Shown here: positions 16,811 through 28,972 of the stretch, piece by piece | Position numbering within the stretch: the first letter of the stretch is position 1 | Layout: each line of letters begins with the position of its first letter | DNA from: Escherichia phage E212 | Strand: one strand, 5' to 3' | Sequence record: MZ043897.1 | Length of the DNA stretch: 38,252 nt | Notes under the pieces: generated by a model | What the model saw: the letters and a program-made list of their open reading frames with translations, nothing else | The model's database searches: none | What the model was told of the DNA's origin: nothing | Translations under genes and position numbers: made by a program

Positions 16811-19011
16811 TGGCTGATGATAGAAAGATGACTGACTGGCATCGCAAGGTGCTGTGCAACTTTGATAATGCCTGGTCAGCAACGAAGGATATGCGTGAGC
16901 AGATTATTGAGGCTCAACGTTTCGTCCGGGTGTCCGGCGCACAGTGGGAAGGCAGCACAAACGCTGGTTACTCATTTGATGAAGGCAGGTTTGAGCATTA
17001 CCCGCGCTTTGAACTGAATAAGATTGCCCGTGAATGTGATCGCATCATTGGCGAGTATCGACAGAATCGCATCAGCGTTAAATTCAGGCCTAAGGACGAT
17101 AAGGCATCGGAAGCGTTAGCCGAAAAGATGAACGGCAAATTCCGCGCTGACTATCAGGAAACATCCGGTGGCGAAGCGTGTGATAACGCATTTGATGATG
17201 CTGTAACGGGCGGATTCGGTTGTTTCCGCATGTGTGCCGATTACGAAGATGAAATGGATCCGAGTAACGAGCAGCGACGCATCAGCCTTCTTCCTGTTTA
17301 CGACCCAGCGACATGCGTCTTCTTTGATCAGGACAGCAAGCAATATGACCGCTCTGATGCTATGTGGGCTATGGAAATGTTCTCCATGACGCCCAAAGCG
17401 TTCGAGGCTGAATACCCTGATTCCACCGCGGCAAGCCTTTCTCGTGATAACACTGGCACTCAATATGACTGGTCAACGCCAGATGCCATCTATGTTGGAC
17501 GCTACTACGAAGTTCGCATAGAGAAGGTGAAGATCACGGCGTGGCGCAACCCTGTTAGCGGAGAAACGGCAATCTATGATGAAGAGCAAATAAAAGATAT
17601 TGTCGACGAACTGACCGATGGTGCATTCGAACTGATTGGCGAGCGAACGGTGAAGAAGCGCCGCGTTTATTGCGGTCTTCTGTCTGGCGCTGAATGGCTG
17701 GAAGAACCGAAGCGTATTCCGGGCGAACATATTCCTCTCATCCCGGTATATGGGCGTCGCTCATTTGTTGATAATCAGGAGCGAATTGAAGGACACGCAG
17801 CAAAAGCGATGGATGCACAGCGTCTTGAGAACCTGATGGTTTCCATGATTGCAGATAACGCTACTCAGGCTGGCGGTGATGGCATTCCTGTAGTTGATGT
17901 TGACATGATTCCTGGTCCTCTCGCCACTCATTGGGCGGAGCGCAACAAAAAGCGCCCGGCGTTCCTGCCGATGGTCAGTCTGAAAAACAAAAACGGAGAT
18001 ATTACTGCGCAGGCTCAGGTCAGCAGTTATACGCCTCCGACACAAATGCCTCCAGCTCTTGCCGGGCTATTGCAGTACACCGGAACGGCTATTCAGCAAA
18101 TTACAGGTGCGTCGCAGCTTGAGAACATGCCGAGCAACGTCGCTACTGATACCGTTGATAGCATTTTTAACCGGATGGACACGCAGTCCTATATCTACAT
18201 GGACAACATGGCTAAATCTATGCGTCGCGCTGGCGTTGTGTGGCTTTCTATGGCGCGTGAAGTCTATGGCAGCGATACGCCGATGCGTATCGTTAATGAG
18301 GACGGCAGCGATGACGTGGCGCTGATGACTGGTGAAGTGGTTGACCGTCAGACAGGGCAGGTTATCGCGCTTAACGACCTTTCGCAGGGTAACTATGAAG
18401 TGACTGTCGATGTCGGTCAGTCGTTCGCTACTCGCCGTGACGCAACGGTTAAGTCGTTACTTTCCATGCTGGCACTTATCCCACCAGGAACGCCGAAGCA
18501 CGACCTTGTATCGTCGATGATTCTCGACAATATGGACGGCGAAGGGATGGACGACCTGAAAGAATACAACCGCAATCAGTTGCTTCTGTCTGGCGTTATC
18601 AAGCCGAGAACGCCTGAAGAACAGCAGATGGTTGAACAGGCGAAACAACAACAGGCCAGTCAGCCAGATCCGGCTATGGTTGCAGCGCAAGGTCAGCTTC
18701 TTGCTGGTCAGGCTGAATTGCAGAAAGCGCAGAACGAGCAGGCAGCCATTCAGGTTAAAGCATTCCAGGCACAGACGGATGCTCAGGTTGCAGCGGCAAA
18801 TGTTGTGAAAATCCTCGCATCTGCCGATAGCCAGCAAAAATCTGATATCCGTGAGGCGCTGAAACTGCTCGGACAGTTCCAGCAACAGCAAGGAGATAAT
18901 GCCCGTGCTGATGCAGAGCTTGTCCTGAAAAGTCAGGCGCAAGGCCATGCGCAGCGCATGGACATCAGCAGCATCCTGCAAAAATCAACTCAGCAACAAC
19001 CACAGCAGTAA
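16810..19011 (+). CDS. Portal protein (P22 gp1-like)
   Basis: EHIPLIPVYG core and Gln-rich C-terminal helical region (PEEQQMVEQAKQQQASQPDPAMVAAQGQLLAGQAELQKAQNEQ) match the P22 portal; start at the ATG overlapping the terminase stop (track ORF begins at an upstream TTG). Confidence 0.9.
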   Translation: MADDRKMTDWHRKVLCNFDNAWSATKDMREQIIEAQRFVRVSGAQWEGSTNAGYSFDEGRFEHYPRFELNKIARECDRIIGEYRQNRISVKFRPKDDKASEALAEKMNGKFRADYQETSGGEACDNAFDDAVTGGFGCFRMCADYEDEMDPSNEQRRISLLPVYDPATCVFFDQDSKQYDRSDAMWAMEMFSMTPKAFEAEYPDSTAASLSRDNTGTQYDWSTPDAIYVGRYYEVRIEKVKITAWRNPVSGETAIYDEEQIKDIVDELTDGAFELIGERTVKKRRVYCGLLSGAEWLEEPKRIPGEHIPLIPVYGRRSFVDNQERIEGHAAKAMDAQRLENLMVSMIADNATQAGGDGIPVVDVDMIPGPLATHWAERNKKRPAFLPMVSLKNKNGDITAQAQVSSYTPPTQMPPALAGLLQYTGTAIQQITGASQLENMPSNVATDTVDSIFNRMDTQSYIYMDNMAKSMRRAGVVWLSMAREVYGSDTPMRIVNEDGSDDVALMTGEVVDRQTGQVIALNDLSQGNYEVTVDVGQSFATRRDATVKSLLSMLALIPPGTPKHDLVSSMILDNMDGEGMDDLKEYNRNQLLLSGVIKPRTPEEQQMVEQAKQQQASQPDPAMVAAQGQLLAGQAELQKAQNEQAAIQVKAFQAQTDAQVAAANVVKILASADSQQKSDIREALKLLGQFQQQQGDNARADAELVLKSQAQGHAQRMDISSILQKSTQQQPQQ

Positions 19012-19101
19012 TTAACCCATAACGTGCAATGGCTGTCTTTATGAGGCCTGGCACCCTATTGCCTTCCGATGGGCTGAACATCGAGTAAACAGGGGTAACA
19101 A

Positions 19102-19995
19102 ATGGACCAGATGGCAGAAAACACACCAGAAGTTGAAATCGAAACCGACGCGTCAGAGCAGATTCCTGATGATGTCGAACTGGCTGAAGAAGTCGAAACA
19201 GAAGATGGCAGTGAGTCCTCCGGCAATGATGCAGAGGAAGCTACTGAAACTGATGACGACGAATCAGAACAGGAATTCTACTTTGGTGACGAAAAGCTGG
19301 ATTCGCCAACCAGCGAAGATGGCGCAGAGCATGGACTGGTAAAACACCTGCGCAAGACGATTAAAGAGAAAGACCGCGAGCTGAAAGAGCTGATGCGTCA
19401 GTCTCAGAAACCCGTCGAGCAGCAGCCGGTAATCACTCAACCACCGCGAATGCCAAAACTGGATGATGAGGACATCGGTTTCGATGAAGAAATCTACCAG
19501 CAACGCATGGCTAAGTGGGCAGAGGATAACGGCAAGTACCAGCAACAGGAGATGGCTCGCAAGCAGAAGGAGCAGGAGCTTCAGGCTGCCTATCAAGAGC
19601 GATTATCCAAATATCAGCAACGTGTTAAGGCTCTCAAGGTTCCTGGCTATCAGGAAGCAGAACAGGCCGTACTCGAGGAAATCCCCATCGAGACACAAAA
19701 CGCGATCTTGTTTGAGTCAGAGAAGCCGGAAATCGTTGTTCTGGCACTCGGCCGCAACGCTGAACTGCGCAAGCAACTGGCAGAAGCTACCAACCCCGTA
19801 GCAATTGGTCGTCTGCTGGAACGTATCGAATCGAAGGCCAGAATCATGCCAAAAGCAAAAACCACGGCAGCCACAACCCCGACAGTTAAGGGGAGCAACG
19901 GCGCAGTAATCAACAACCTCGACAAATTGAAAGCCAAGGCGCTGGAAACTGGTGACTGGACGCCGTATTTCGCCGCTAAAAAGGCAAAAAAATAA
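19102..19995 (+). CDS. Scaffolding protein (P22 gp8-like)
   Basis: 297-aa acidic, helix-rich ORF between portal and coat genes. Confidence 0.75.
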   Translation: MDQMAENTPEVEIETDASEQIPDDVELAEEVETEDGSESSGNDAEEATETDDDESEQEFYFGDEKLDSPTSEDGAEHGLVKHLRKTIKEKDRELKELMRQSQKPVEQQPVITQPPRMPKLDDEDIGFDEEIYQQRMAKWAEDNGKYQQQEMARKQKEQELQAAYQERLSKYQQRVKALKVPGYQEAEQAVLEEIPIETQNAILFESEKPEIVVLALGRNAELRKQLAEATNPVAIGRLLERIESKARIMPKAKTTAATTPTVKGSNGAVINNLDKLKAKALETGDWTPYFAAKKAKK

Positions 19996-20013
19996 CCTAT
20001 CGGAGCATTAAGC

Positions 20014-21267
20014 ATGGCTAACCAATTAGCAAAAGACCTTGAAATCATGTTCGAAAACTACGTTGAAGGCTTTGAGGCCGCCTGCGTAGTTTCCCGTAAC
20101 GCTAAAAAATTCCGTCCCGGTGATACAGCAATGCAGCGAGCAGGTGATGTTCTGTATCGTCCGCAGCATTACCACATGAACATTGAGGAAGGCCTCGATC
20201 TCAGCAGCAAAACGCCTACAGCACTGGTTCAGCGCCTTGTTCCTTCTGTGTTCAAGGAGCCGAAAAACATTCTGTACACTCTGGATGCGCGTGAAATGCG
20301 TGACCCTGAGCATAAAACTGAAGCTGGTCGCGCCGCAGGTATGCGCCTTGCTGCACAGATTGACTCTGACCTGATTTCCATGGTTACGCAGCGTGCTACT
20401 AACGTGATCACAATGTCTGACTCAACCACAGGTACACAGGGCCGTGATTTGTGGAACTGTGCGGCAGGTATTGATGCCACCATGACGGCGATTGGTGTAC
20501 CGCAGGGTATCAACCGTCGCTCTTTCTGGAACCCCTTCAACTACAAAGACCTTGCTGGCGAGCTTGGTCACCGTGCCTACGCTCAGGGCGCAACCCTGAC
20601 AGCATACGAAAAAGCGCAGATCCCTCCGGTTGCTTCCTTTGATAGCTACAAGACCGATATTTCTGGTCGATTACCGAAAGGAAGCGCTGAATCCTTGACA
20701 GTATCAGGCCAACCTGAACACAAGGTTGAAGCGAAAGATTCAAATGGTATGCCAGTTGATAACCGACAGGGGACTATTACGGTATCTGCATCTGGCTTGC
20801 AGGTTGGTGATGCGTTCACCATTGCCGGTGTGAATTCCGTACACCAGATCACAAAAGATACCACCGGGCAACCGCAGGTATTCCGTGTTCTGGCTGTTAG
20901 CGGAACTACCGTAACAATCTCTCCAAAGATTCTCCCTGTTGAAAATACCGATGTTGCGAGTCGTCCATATGCAAACGTCGATGCCAAACCGGCAGAATCA
21001 GCAGCAATCACCATTCTCAACAAGAACGCAGCACCTGCTAACCTGTTCTGGGCTGATGGTTCTGTTGAGCTGATGTACGGCAAACTAGCGTTCCCGACTG
21101 GTCAGGGTCCACAGGTAATGACAGCAACCACCGAGCAGGGCGCTACGCTGATCATGTCTTACGCCTTCGACCACATCAAAGGCGTAACCACTGCTCGTTT
21201 CACCACTCTGTACGGTTGCTCTGTACTTGTTCCTGAATATACGGGCATCGTTATTGCCGGGCAGTAA
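20014..21267 (+). CDS. Major coat protein (P22 gp5-like fold)
   Basis: 417-aa ORF following the scaffold gene; P22-like gene order. Confidence 0.8.
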   Translation: MANQLAKDLEIMFENYVEGFEAACVVSRNAKKFRPGDTAMQRAGDVLYRPQHYHMNIEEGLDLSSKTPTALVQRLVPSVFKEPKNILYTLDAREMRDPEHKTEAGRAAGMRLAAQIDSDLISMVTQRATNVITMSDSTTGTQGRDLWNCAAGIDATMTAIGVPQGINRRSFWNPFNYKDLAGELGHRAYAQGATLTAYEKAQIPPVASFDSYKTDISGRLPKGSAESLTVSGQPEHKVEAKDSNGMPVDNRQGTITVSASGLQVGDAFTIAGVNSVHQITKDTTGQPQVFRVLAVSGTTVTISPKILPVENTDVASRPYANVDAKPAESAAITILNKNAAPANLFWADGSVELMYGKLAFPTGQGPQVMTATTEQGATLIMSYAFDHIKGVTTARFTTLYGCSVLVPEYTGIVIAGQ

Positions 21268-21308
21268 TTTTGGTGGGGCTTCGGCCCCATTTTTATTGGG
21301 AGAAGACA

Positions 21309-21497
21309 ATGGCACGAACAATGCTCTATAAGCCTGGCAACATGATCACCTGTGGTCAGTTTGCTGTCGATTACATCATTGTTGATGACGAAGAAGTTAA
21401 ATCTCACCTGAAAAAAGGTTGGGTAAAAACTCCTGAAGAAACCGCAACGAAGCAAAAAGTGGCTAAGGCGGAAGAAGATGGCGAAAACGAAGGGTGA
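21309..21497 (+). CDS. Hypothetical small protein (62 aa) between coat and gp4 genes
   Basis: Internal Met of track ORF 21270..21497 with RBS GGGAGAAG; overlaps the gp4-like start by 20 nt. Confidence 0.4.
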   Translation: MARTMLYKPGNMITCGQFAVDYIIVDDEEVKSHLKKGWVKTPEETATKQKVAKAEEDGENEG

Positions 21498-21939
21498 TCT
21501 CGTTCTAAAGGCTTTACGAAAAGCCGGGCTGTATTCCAATGCCACGTTGACAGATGCCGACCCTCAGGCAATTGAAGATGCCATTAATGACCTTGAAGAC
21601 ATGATGGCAGCATGGCAGGCGAAAGGTATCGAGCTTGGATATCAGTTTGCGGATACAGAAAACGGCATCATGCCGTTACCTGACGATGATTCAGGTATCC
21701 CTGCATGGGCAAATGATGGCGTCGCTTTGAAGCTCGCTGTGCAAGTGTGCATGGATAACGTCATTCAGCCGTCGGATGCTCTCCTGACCGCTGCTGACAG
21801 TGCATATCAGACAATCTGTATCGCTTTAACCAAAATACCACCACTTGAGCGACGAAATGACATGCCTCGCGGTAGTGGTAACAAAAGCGCGTTTACGTGG
21901 AATCGGTTTTACATCGAGAAAGATGATCCGAGTACGTGA
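21478..21939 (+). CDS. Head completion / tail accessory factor (P22 gp4-like)
   Basis: N-terminus KTKGDLVLKALRKAGLYSNATLTDADPQAIEDAINDLEDMMAAW resembles P22 gp4. Confidence 0.75.
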   Translation: MAKTKGDLVLKALRKAGLYSNATLTDADPQAIEDAINDLEDMMAAWQAKGIELGYQFADTENGIMPLPDDDSGIPAWANDGVALKLAVQVCMDNVIQPSDALLTAADSAYQTICIALTKIPPLERRNDMPRGSGNKSAFTWNRFYIEKDDPST

Positions 21940-21948
21940 GGTGAATAA

Positions 21949-23367
21949 ATGCCGATTCAGCAACTTCCGCTTATGAAAGGTGTCGGCAAAGACTTCCGAA
22001 ATGCCGACTATATCGACTATCTGCCAGTGAATATGCTGGCTACACCCAAAGAAATCCTGAACAGCAGCGGATATCTTCGCTCATTCCCGGGCATTGCAAA
22101 ACGTTCTGATGTGAACGGTATATCGCGCGGCGTCGAGTACAACATGGCGCAGAATGCTGTTTATCGCGTGTGTGGTGGAAAGCTCTACAAAGGCGAAAGC
22201 GAAGTCGGTGATGTTGCCGGAAGTGGTCGTGTATCAATGGCGCATGGTCTGACATCTCAGGCTGTAGGCGTTAATGGTCAACTGGTCGAGTATCGCTATG
22301 ATGGCACGGTTAAAACCGTCTCAAACTGGCCTGCGGACAGCGGATTCACGCAGTATGAGTTAGGTTCAGTTCGCGACATTACGCGCTTACGTGGGCGTTA
22401 TGCGTGGTCAAAAGACGGAACTGATTCATGGTTTATCACTGACCTTGAAGACGAATCACATCCTGACCGTTACAGCGCACAATATCGCGCAGAATCGCAG
22501 CCGGACGGTATCATCGGCATCGGAACATGGCGAGACTTCATCGTCTGCTTTGGTTCATCGACGATTGAATATTTCTCCCTGACGGGCGCAACCACTGTTG
22601 GTGCCGCTTTATATGTCGCACAGCCATCGCTGATGGTGCAAAAAGGCATCGCCGGAACTTACTGCAAAACGCCGTTTGCTGATTCCTATGCGTTTATCAG
22701 CAATCCGGCAACAGGTGCGCCGTCTGTGTATATCATCGGCTCCGGTCAGGTATCACCAATCGCCAGCGCGAGCATTGAGAAAATACTACGCTCCTACACT
22801 GCTGATGAACTGGCTGATGGCGTGATGGAATCGCTGCGGTTTGATGCGCATGAGTTGCTGATTATCCATCTTCCGCGCCATGTACTCGTGTACGACGCAT
22901 CTTCAAGCGCCAATGGTCCGCAATGGTGTGTGCTGAAAACAGGCCTGTATGACGATGTGTACCGCGCTATCGATTTCATTTACGAAGGCAATCAGATAAC
23001 GTGCGGCGATAAGCTGGAGTCCGTGACCGGGAAATTGCAGTTCGATATCAGCAGCCAGTACGACAAGCAACAGGAACACCTTCTGTTTACTCCGTTGTTC
23101 AAAGCGGATAACGCCAGAGTTTTCGACCTTGAAGTTGAATCGTCAACTGGCGTTGCGCAGTACGCCGACCGCCTTTTTCTCTCTGCAACCACTGACGGCA
23201 TCAATTACGGACGTGAGCAGATGATTGAGCAGAATGAACCGTTCGTTTACGACAAACGCGTTTTGTGGAAGCGAGTTGGGCGCATCAGGAAAAATGTCGG
23301 CTTCAAATTGCGCGTTATTACGAAGTCACCAGTCACTCTGTCTGGCTGCCAGATAAGGATTGAGTAA
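21949..23367 (+). CDS. Tail accessory factor (P22 gp10-like)
   Basis: 472-aa ORF near-identical to P22 gp10 along its length. Confidence 0.9.
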   Translation: MPIQQLPLMKGVGKDFRNADYIDYLPVNMLATPKEILNSSGYLRSFPGIAKRSDVNGISRGVEYNMAQNAVYRVCGGKLYKGESEVGDVAGSGRVSMAHGLTSQAVGVNGQLVEYRYDGTVKTVSNWPADSGFTQYELGSVRDITRLRGRYAWSKDGTDSWFITDLEDESHPDRYSAQYRAESQPDGIIGIGTWRDFIVCFGSSTIEYFSLTGATTVGAALYVAQPSLMVQKGIAGTYCKTPFADSYAFISNPATGAPSVYIIGSGQVSPIASASIEKILRSYTADELADGVMESLRFDAHELLIIHLPRHVLVYDASSSANGPQWCVLKTGLYDDVYRAIDFIYEGNQITCGDKLESVTGKLQFDISSQYDKQQEHLLFTPLFKADNARVFDLEVESSTGVAQYADRLFLSATTDGINYGREQMIEQNEPFVYDKRVLWKRVGRIRKNVGFKLRVITKSPVTLSGCQIRIE

Positions 23368-24068
23368 TGGCTGATTCATCACTGAATGATCCTGTCGTGG
23401 TTCAGGCTACGCGCCTTGATGCTTCAATTTTGCCACGCAATATATTCAGCCAGTCTTACCTGCTGTATGTCATAAATCAGGGAGCTGATGTCGGTGCAAT
23501 TGCTGGGAAGGCAAATCAGGCTGGTCAGGGCGCTTACGATGCTCAGGTAAAAAACGATGAACAGGACGTCGAACTGGCAGATCACGACGCAAGAATCACC
23601 GCAAACACAAAAGCGATAAATCTCCTTGAGGTCAGGTTAACAACCGCCGAAGGGAAGATAGTCGTACTGCGTAGCGATGTTGATTACTTGCTGGATGAGG
23701 TTATCGATATTCAGGCGCATCTGGTCACTGTTGACCAAAGACTGGATAACGTAGAAAACGATGTCTCTGGCATTAAGAGTGATTACGTATCGAAAACCGT
23801 AACCGAATCGCAGTCTCTTGCGTCACCGCTGGATGTAAAAACATCATATTCAGTTGATGGAATTCAGGTCGTTGGAGCAAGGCAGACCGGATGGACTGCA
23901 GCCACAGGTACACCTCTTCTTGGCTCATTCAACGCTAACCAGTCATACACGGTCGGCACTACGTACACACAATCCGAAGTCGCGGCTCTCGCTACAGGTT
24001 TGCAGCAGGCGCGGCAGCGTATTCTGGCGCTTGAAACGGCACTTAGATTACATGGGCTGATTGACTGA
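23367..24068 (+). CDS. Tail needle (P22 gp26-like)
   Basis: 233-aa ORF; N- and C-terminal segments match P22 gp26. Confidence 0.85.
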   Translation: MADSSLNDPVVVQATRLDASILPRNIFSQSYLLYVINQGADVGAIAGKANQAGQGAYDAQVKNDEQDVELADHDARITANTKAINLLEVRLTTAEGKIVVLRSDVDYLLDEVIDIQAHLVTVDQRLDNVENDVSGIKSDYVSKTVTESQSLASPLDVKTSYSVDGIQVVGARQTGWTAATGTPLLGSFNANQSYTVGTTYTQSEVAALATGLQQARQRILALETALRLHGLID

Positions 24069-24523
24069 TGATTACATTCAAACCAACGCGAAATATCGAC
24101 CTGATCGAAGCAGTCGGAAATCACCCTGACATTATTGCCGGAAGCAACAACGGTGATGGATACGACTACAAGCCTGAATGCCGTTACTTTGAGGTTAACG
24201 TGTACGGTCAGTTTGGCGGCATTGTTTACTATCAGGAGATTCAGCCGCTGACATTCGATTGCCACGCCATGTACCTGCCAGAGGTTCGTGGCTTCAGCAA
24301 GGAAATCGGGCTGGCGTTCTGGCGATACATTCTGACTAACACCACCGTTCAGTGCATCACATCGTTCGCCGCACGCAAATTCCGCCACGGGCAGATTTAC
24401 TGCGCAATGATTGGCCTTAAGCGTGTCGGAACCATCAAGAAATACTTCAAAGGCGTGGATGACGTGACTTTTTACAGCGCCACACGCGAAGAACTAATCG
24501 ACTTCCTGAATCACGGGAGATAG
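24068..24523 (+). CDS. gp14-like virion/ejection-associated protein
   Basis: 151-aa ORF in the P22 gene-14 position. Confidence 0.65.
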   Translation: MITFKPTRNIDLIEAVGNHPDIIAGSNNGDGYDYKPECRYFEVNVYGQFGGIVYYQEIQPLTFDCHAMYLPEVRGFSKEIGLAFWRYILTNTTVQCITSFAARKFRHGQIYCAMIGLKRVGTIKKYFKGVDDVTFYSATREELIDFLNHGR

Positions 24524-24525
24524 CC

Positions 24526-25218
24526 ATGTTATATGCATTTAAGCTGGGCAGAAAACTGCGCGGCGAGGAACCTTATTGCCCTGAAAAGGGTGGGAAAGGT
24601 GGCAGCTCTGATAAAAGCGCAAAGTATGCAGCAGAAGCTCAGAAGTATGCCGCAGACCTGCAAAATCAGCAGTTCAACACCATCATGAACAACCTGAAGC
24701 CGTTTACTCCTCTGGCTGATAAGTATGTCGGCAGCCTCGAGAACTTATCGTCTCTGGAGGGGCAAGGTCAGGCACTTAACCAGTATTACAACTCTCAGCA
24801 GTACAAAGATCTTGCTGGTCAGGCTCGCTATCAGAGTCTGGCGGCAGCGGAAGCAACTGGTGGATTGGGTTCCACCGCAACCAGTAATCAGTTAGCAACA
24901 ATCGCACCAACGCTTGGTCAGCAATGGCTATCTGGACAAATGAACAATTACAACAACCTGGCAAATATCGGTCTTGGCGCTCTTCAGGGACAGGCAAACG
25001 CCGGGCAAACATATGCCAACAACATGAGCCAGATTTCACAGCAAAGCGCGGCGCTGGCGGCGGCAAACGCCAACCGACCGTCAGCATTGCAGCAGGGTGT
25101 TAGTGGTGCTGCATCCGGTGCGCTTTTGGGTGGTGGCATAGCCAGTGCTCTCGAGCTATCAACTCCGTGGGGTGCTGGTATCGGTGCTGGTCTTGGTCTG
25201 CTTGGTTCACTGTTTTAA
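24526..25218 (+). CDS. Ejection (internal virion) protein, P22 gp7-like
   Basis: 230-aa ORF with low-complexity Gln/Ala/Gly-rich C-terminal half, in the gene-7 position. Confidence 0.75.
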   Translation: MLYAFKLGRKLRGEEPYCPEKGGKGGSSDKSAKYAAEAQKYAADLQNQQFNTIMNNLKPFTPLADKYVGSLENLSSLEGQGQALNQYYNSQQYKDLAGQARYQSLAAAEATGGLGSTATSNQLATIAPTLGQQWLSGQMNNYNNLANIGLGALQGQANAGQTYANNMSQISQQSAALAAANANRPSALQQGVSGAASGALLGGGIASALELSTPWGAGIGAGLGLLGSLF

Positions 25219-25228
25219 GAGGTAATCA

Positions 25229-26578
25229 ATGGCTACGTGGCAACAGGGTATTAATTCTGGTGGTTTTCTGGCTGGCATCGGTACGCAAAATGAGAATGCG
25301 CCAAAGGCAAGCGACATTAACGCAACGCTTGGTCTGATCCGCGAAAACAATGAACTGGCTCGCTCAGGTGCAAATAACGTTGGTCTGACCGCGTTACGTG
25401 GTCTGGCTGGAGTTGCTGATATTTATAAGCAGGAACAGCAACAGAAAGCGATTAGTGCGTTCAATAAGGTTCATGCTGATGCATGGGCTTCTGGTGATCC
25501 ATCGGGACTATTTAAGTTTGCCCAAGAAAATCCAGCGTTTGTTGCACAGGCACAACAGGCGTTTTCCGGTCTTAATGAACAGCAACGCAACGATATGGGC
25601 GATTTAGCCATGAGGGCTAACGTCGCTCTTTCTCAGGGACCTGAAGCCTACAGTAAATTCATTACTGATAACAAGGACAGGTTAAATCGCGTGGGGGCGA
25701 ATGCTGACTGGATGATTCAGACAGGTATCCAGAATCCAGAGCAGCTATCACACATGCTGACCACTATGACGCTAGGGGCTGTTGGTCCGGATAAAATGCT
25801 GGATTATCAGGATAAGATGGTTGGTCGCCAACTTGAGAAAGGGCGATTGGATGAAAGCATCCGTCAGGCTGACATGGAGAACGCGAGAGGATGGGCAAAT
25901 ATCCAAAACGCTCAACTAGACAGGGCTCAGCGGGCACAAATGCATAATGATAACGTAGCCCTGAAGTTGCAGGAATTAGGGATGAAACAACAGGAAAGCG
26001 GAAAGATTGACCCAAAACTTGTTCGAGATCTGAATAGTGATATTAATGGGTTCTCAAAGAATTATTCTGCAATGCGCAGTGCTTCTGACAACCTACAAGC
26101 CCTTGGGAAGCGCAACACTCCAGCCGCGCAGTTGGGAATGATTTTCAACTATATGAAATCGCTGGATCCGCAATCTGTGGTACGCGAAGGTGAGCAAGTG
26201 CAGGTAAAACGCACTGATGGAATATTCGGCACACTTGGTAACTATGTTAGCCAATTATCTAACGGCAAGATGCTGAATAATGAGCAAGTCCAAGACTTAA
26301 TCAACACCTCAAAACTGATGGCAAATACTGAAGGCGAAAAGTTTAACCAGCAAATGGATGATTATCTTTCAACTTATGGAGATTCTCTCCCCAGCGGACT
26401 AACTAAGCAATTGCAATCCAGAAAAGCCAAGCTGTATGAAGATATTCAGCAGCCTGCGCAACAACAGACACAACAAGCAACATCTGGCGGTCAAACATTT
26501 CGAGAAGGTATGACCGCGAAAAATCCTAAAACTGGTCAGAAAATTATTTACAGGAACGGACAATGGCAACCAATGTAG
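25229..26578 (+). CDS. Ejection protein, P22 gp20-like
   Basis: 449-aa ORF in the gene-20 position. Confidence 0.75.
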   Translation: MATWQQGINSGGFLAGIGTQNENAPKASDINATLGLIRENNELARSGANNVGLTALRGLAGVADIYKQEQQQKAISAFNKVHADAWASGDPSGLFKFAQENPAFVAQAQQAFSGLNEQQRNDMGDLAMRANVALSQGPEAYSKFITDNKDRLNRVGANADWMIQTGIQNPEQLSHMLTTMTLGAVGPDKMLDYQDKMVGRQLEKGRLDESIRQADMENARGWANIQNAQLDRAQRAQMHNDNVALKLQELGMKQQESGKIDPKLVRDLNSDINGFSKNYSAMRSASDNLQALGKRNTPAAQLGMIFNYMKSLDPQSVVREGEQVQVKRTDGIFGTLGNYVSQLSNGKMLNNEQVQDLINTSKLMANTEGEKFNQQMDDYLSTYGDSLPSGLTKQLQSRKAKLYEDIQQPAQQQTQQATSGGQTFREGMTAKNPKTGQKIIYRNGQWQPM

Positions 26579-28686
26579 GTTTACCAGAGGGATTTGTTCT
26601 GGATGAACAGCCTGATAACTCACAGCTTCCTGATGGCTTTGTGCTTGATGCCCAACCAGAACAGCAGCAATCTCCTTTGGTTTCACCAGAGGAAAATTCC
26701 AGACAGGAAAATGTTGTTAATAATGCTAACGGTTTCGACCGTTTTATGTATGGCGTTCTCAGTGGATTGATGGATGTTGGTAAAGGTGTTGGTCTATTTC
26801 AGGATATGACACCAGAAGAGCAAGCCGCAATTCAGTCTCTACAGCAGAAGTTAGCGGCAAAACCATCAACCGCACAAGATGTTGGTGAGTTCGTTGGACA
26901 AGCAGCACCATTTGTTAGTGGTGGTGGGATTATTTCTCAGGTTCCGAAAGGGGCGGCAAGGCTGGCTGCCGCCGCAGGGCTTGGTGCTGGAGAAGGGGCT
27001 ATTGTAGCCAATGGAACAAATAGCGATGTTGCTTCTGGAGCTGCTATTGGCGCTGTGGCTGGCCCTGTAGCAGAGATTGTTGGTCCAGCTCTTGGGAAGA
27101 TTGCAGGAAAAATTAAAAATAGTGCCGGAGATATTTATCGCTCATCCGTAGGGATGGGGAGTAAATCATCTAAAGCAACGTTAAAGAAAGCTGCTGGCGC
27201 AATGGACAATAAATTTATCGGCGGCCAACGAGCTATTCAAGATTTCGCCGATGAAGTTAATCCTGATTTTAACGCGATAAATGCTATTCGTGAGCTAGAA
27301 CTGGAAAATTATGCCACTCCAGGCATGATCTCCAATAATCCTGCTGTCAGGGCTCTTGATAATGCAGTGGCAAGTCTCCCTGGAACAGAGATTAGTGAGG
27401 CGCATAAGCGTTTTATTACTGAATTAGGAAGAAAAGCTGATGAAATGATAACTTCATTTGGGGGAAGCCTTGATAAGCAACTGGTTTCTGACAGGCTTGC
27501 AGATAATTTTGATAAAACCATTTCATCATTACAAAATCAGTCAGATAACATCTACAACAAAATTGCCGAAAAGGTTCCTGTAAGAGACCGGATTGAGGCA
27601 ACTAATACATTGAATTTTTTAGAGGATTTTGCTGATGATATAGGTGGAATTGATGAATTATCTCCAATAATGAAGCGGACATTGAACCGACTTGATCCAA
27701 ACACCTTGCCAACGTATGGGCGTTTAGATCTCGCTAGAAAGCAGGTTGGACAAGCTATTGGCAAAGGCTCTGGTCCATTCAAGGATGAAGAAACAGGTGT
27801 TCTTAAAAAGTTATATGCAGCCATAACAGATGACCAACAGGCTGTCGCAGAAAAATATGGCGCAGGGGAATTATGGACGCTTGGTAAGGAGTTGGTAAAA
27901 AAACGAAAATCCATTGAAGATGATGCTGTAACCGTCTTGGGTAGAAAACTTCAGCAATCAGCAATTCCAAAAGTTGAAAGTGCTGTTGTTAATATGGCAA
28001 AAGGAAACGGTGGCGACTTTAGGCAATTAATGAAGTCGATTCCAAAGGATATGCGGCAGGAAGTTGCGCTCACCTCAATGAATAAAGCATTTACCAGCTA
28101 TGCCAAATCACCTGGTCAGCAATTAGGAGTTGATGGATTTGTAAAATGGTATAACGGAATGTCACGCAATGGGGCCAATATGAAGGCTCTCCGTGATGCT
28201 ATTGGCACAGATGCATCAAAGCGCCTTGATACGATTTATCAAGCAGCTAAGGCTATGAATAGACTCAATACTGGTAAGCAGTATGCTAGTAGTCTTGTGG
28301 ATCAGCAAGTTAATAACTTTCTGAAAGAAAAGGGTAGTCTCGCAAAAATTTATGGAATAGCCTCAAAAGCTGCTGCGGCGGAAGGTATTACAAGCTTATC
28401 TGGTCTTCCTGGTGTAGGTGCAACAGGGGTGATAACGTCAGCATTGATGTCAGGGAAAACAAGTAGGATAAAGGCTGCTGATGCTCTACTGTCTTCTCCT
28501 GAGTTTAAATCAATGCTATTTCGCCTGCAAAACGCACCAGTAGACAGAGCAGAAGTGAGACGCGCAATAGAAAGGAAACTGATGCAATCTGGGGCATTTA
28601 AGAGATGGGAGAAAACCTTATCAACAGATGAAGCAAAAACCATTGCCCGCACGGGGATTATTACATGGCTCGCTAGTGACAGTTAG
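26563..28686 (+). CDS. Ejection protein, P22 gp16-like
   Basis: 707-aa ORF in the gene-16 position; N-terminus carries a tandem [11 protein letters not shown] / [11 protein letters not shown] repeat. Confidence 0.7.
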   Translation: MATNVGLPEGFVLDEQPDNSQLPDGFVLDAQPEQQQSPLVSPEENSRQENVVNNANGFDRFMYGVLSGLMDVGKGVGLFQDMTPEEQAAIQSLQQKLAAKPSTAQDVGEFVGQAAPFVSGGGIISQVPKGAARLAAAAGLGAGEGAIVANGTNSDVASGAAIGAVAGPVAEIVGPALGKIAGKIKNSAGDIYRSSVGMGSKSSKATLKKAAGAMDNKFIGGQRAIQDFADEVNPDFNAINAIRELELENYATPGMISNNPAVRALDNAVASLPGTEISEAHKRFITELGRKADEMITSFGGSLDKQLVSDRLADNFDKTISSLQNQSDNIYNKIAEKVPVRDRIEATNTLNFLEDFADDIGGIDELSPIMKRTLNRLDPNTLPTYGRLDLARKQVGQAIGKGSGPFKDEETGVLKKLYAAITDDQQAVAEKYGAGELWTLGKELVKKRKSIEDDAVTVLGRKLQQSAIPKVESAVVNMAKGNGGDFRQLMKSIPKDMRQEVALTSMNKAFTSYAKSPGQQLGVDGFVKWYNGMSRNGANMKALRDAIGTDASKRLDTIYQAAKAMNRLNTGKQYASSLVDQQVNNFLKEKGSLAKIYGIASKAAAAEGITSLSGLPGVGATGVITSALMSGKTSRIKAADALLSSPEFKSMLFRLQNAPVDRAEVRRAIERKLMQSGAFKRWEKTLSTDEAKTIARTGIITWLASDS

Positions 28687-28910
28687 TCAACTTTGGTTAT
28701 TTTGCCTTCTTTTTCTTGATGAACTTTGCATCCATCATCTTTTGATAGCCAAACTAAAAACTTTAAAACCTTAAACACAAGTACGGCTACTGCAATGAAA
28801 GCACCAATTGCAATTATTGCAAGCGAAATTATTTGCATTGGTGCTTTTAATGCAGGGAAAATAGTGTAAATGATCGCGAAAACAGTAATTATGAGGAACC
28901 ATCGCTTCAC
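28683..28910 (-). CDS. Small membrane protein (75 aa, two predicted TM helices)
   Basis: GTG start with strong RBS AAGGAGG (5-nt spacer); two hydrophobic stretches (LIITVFAIIYTIF and IISLAIIAIGAFIAVAVLVF); divergent from the Panacea gene. Confidence 0.55.
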   Translation of the reverse strand: MKRWFLIITVFAIIYTIFPALKAPMQIISLAIIAIGAFIAVAVLVFKVLKFLVWLSKDDGCKVHQEKEGKITKVD

Positions 28911-28972
28911 ACCAACCTCCTTAGTTTTGAGCAGGATACCAGATGATACTGTATTGGTGGAGTGGTGTGTGA

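Noticed and set aside
17116-18981. Several minus-strand ORFs (85-174 aa) antisense to the portal gene
   Set aside because: They are embedded in the portal coding region with no RBS and low-complexity translations.
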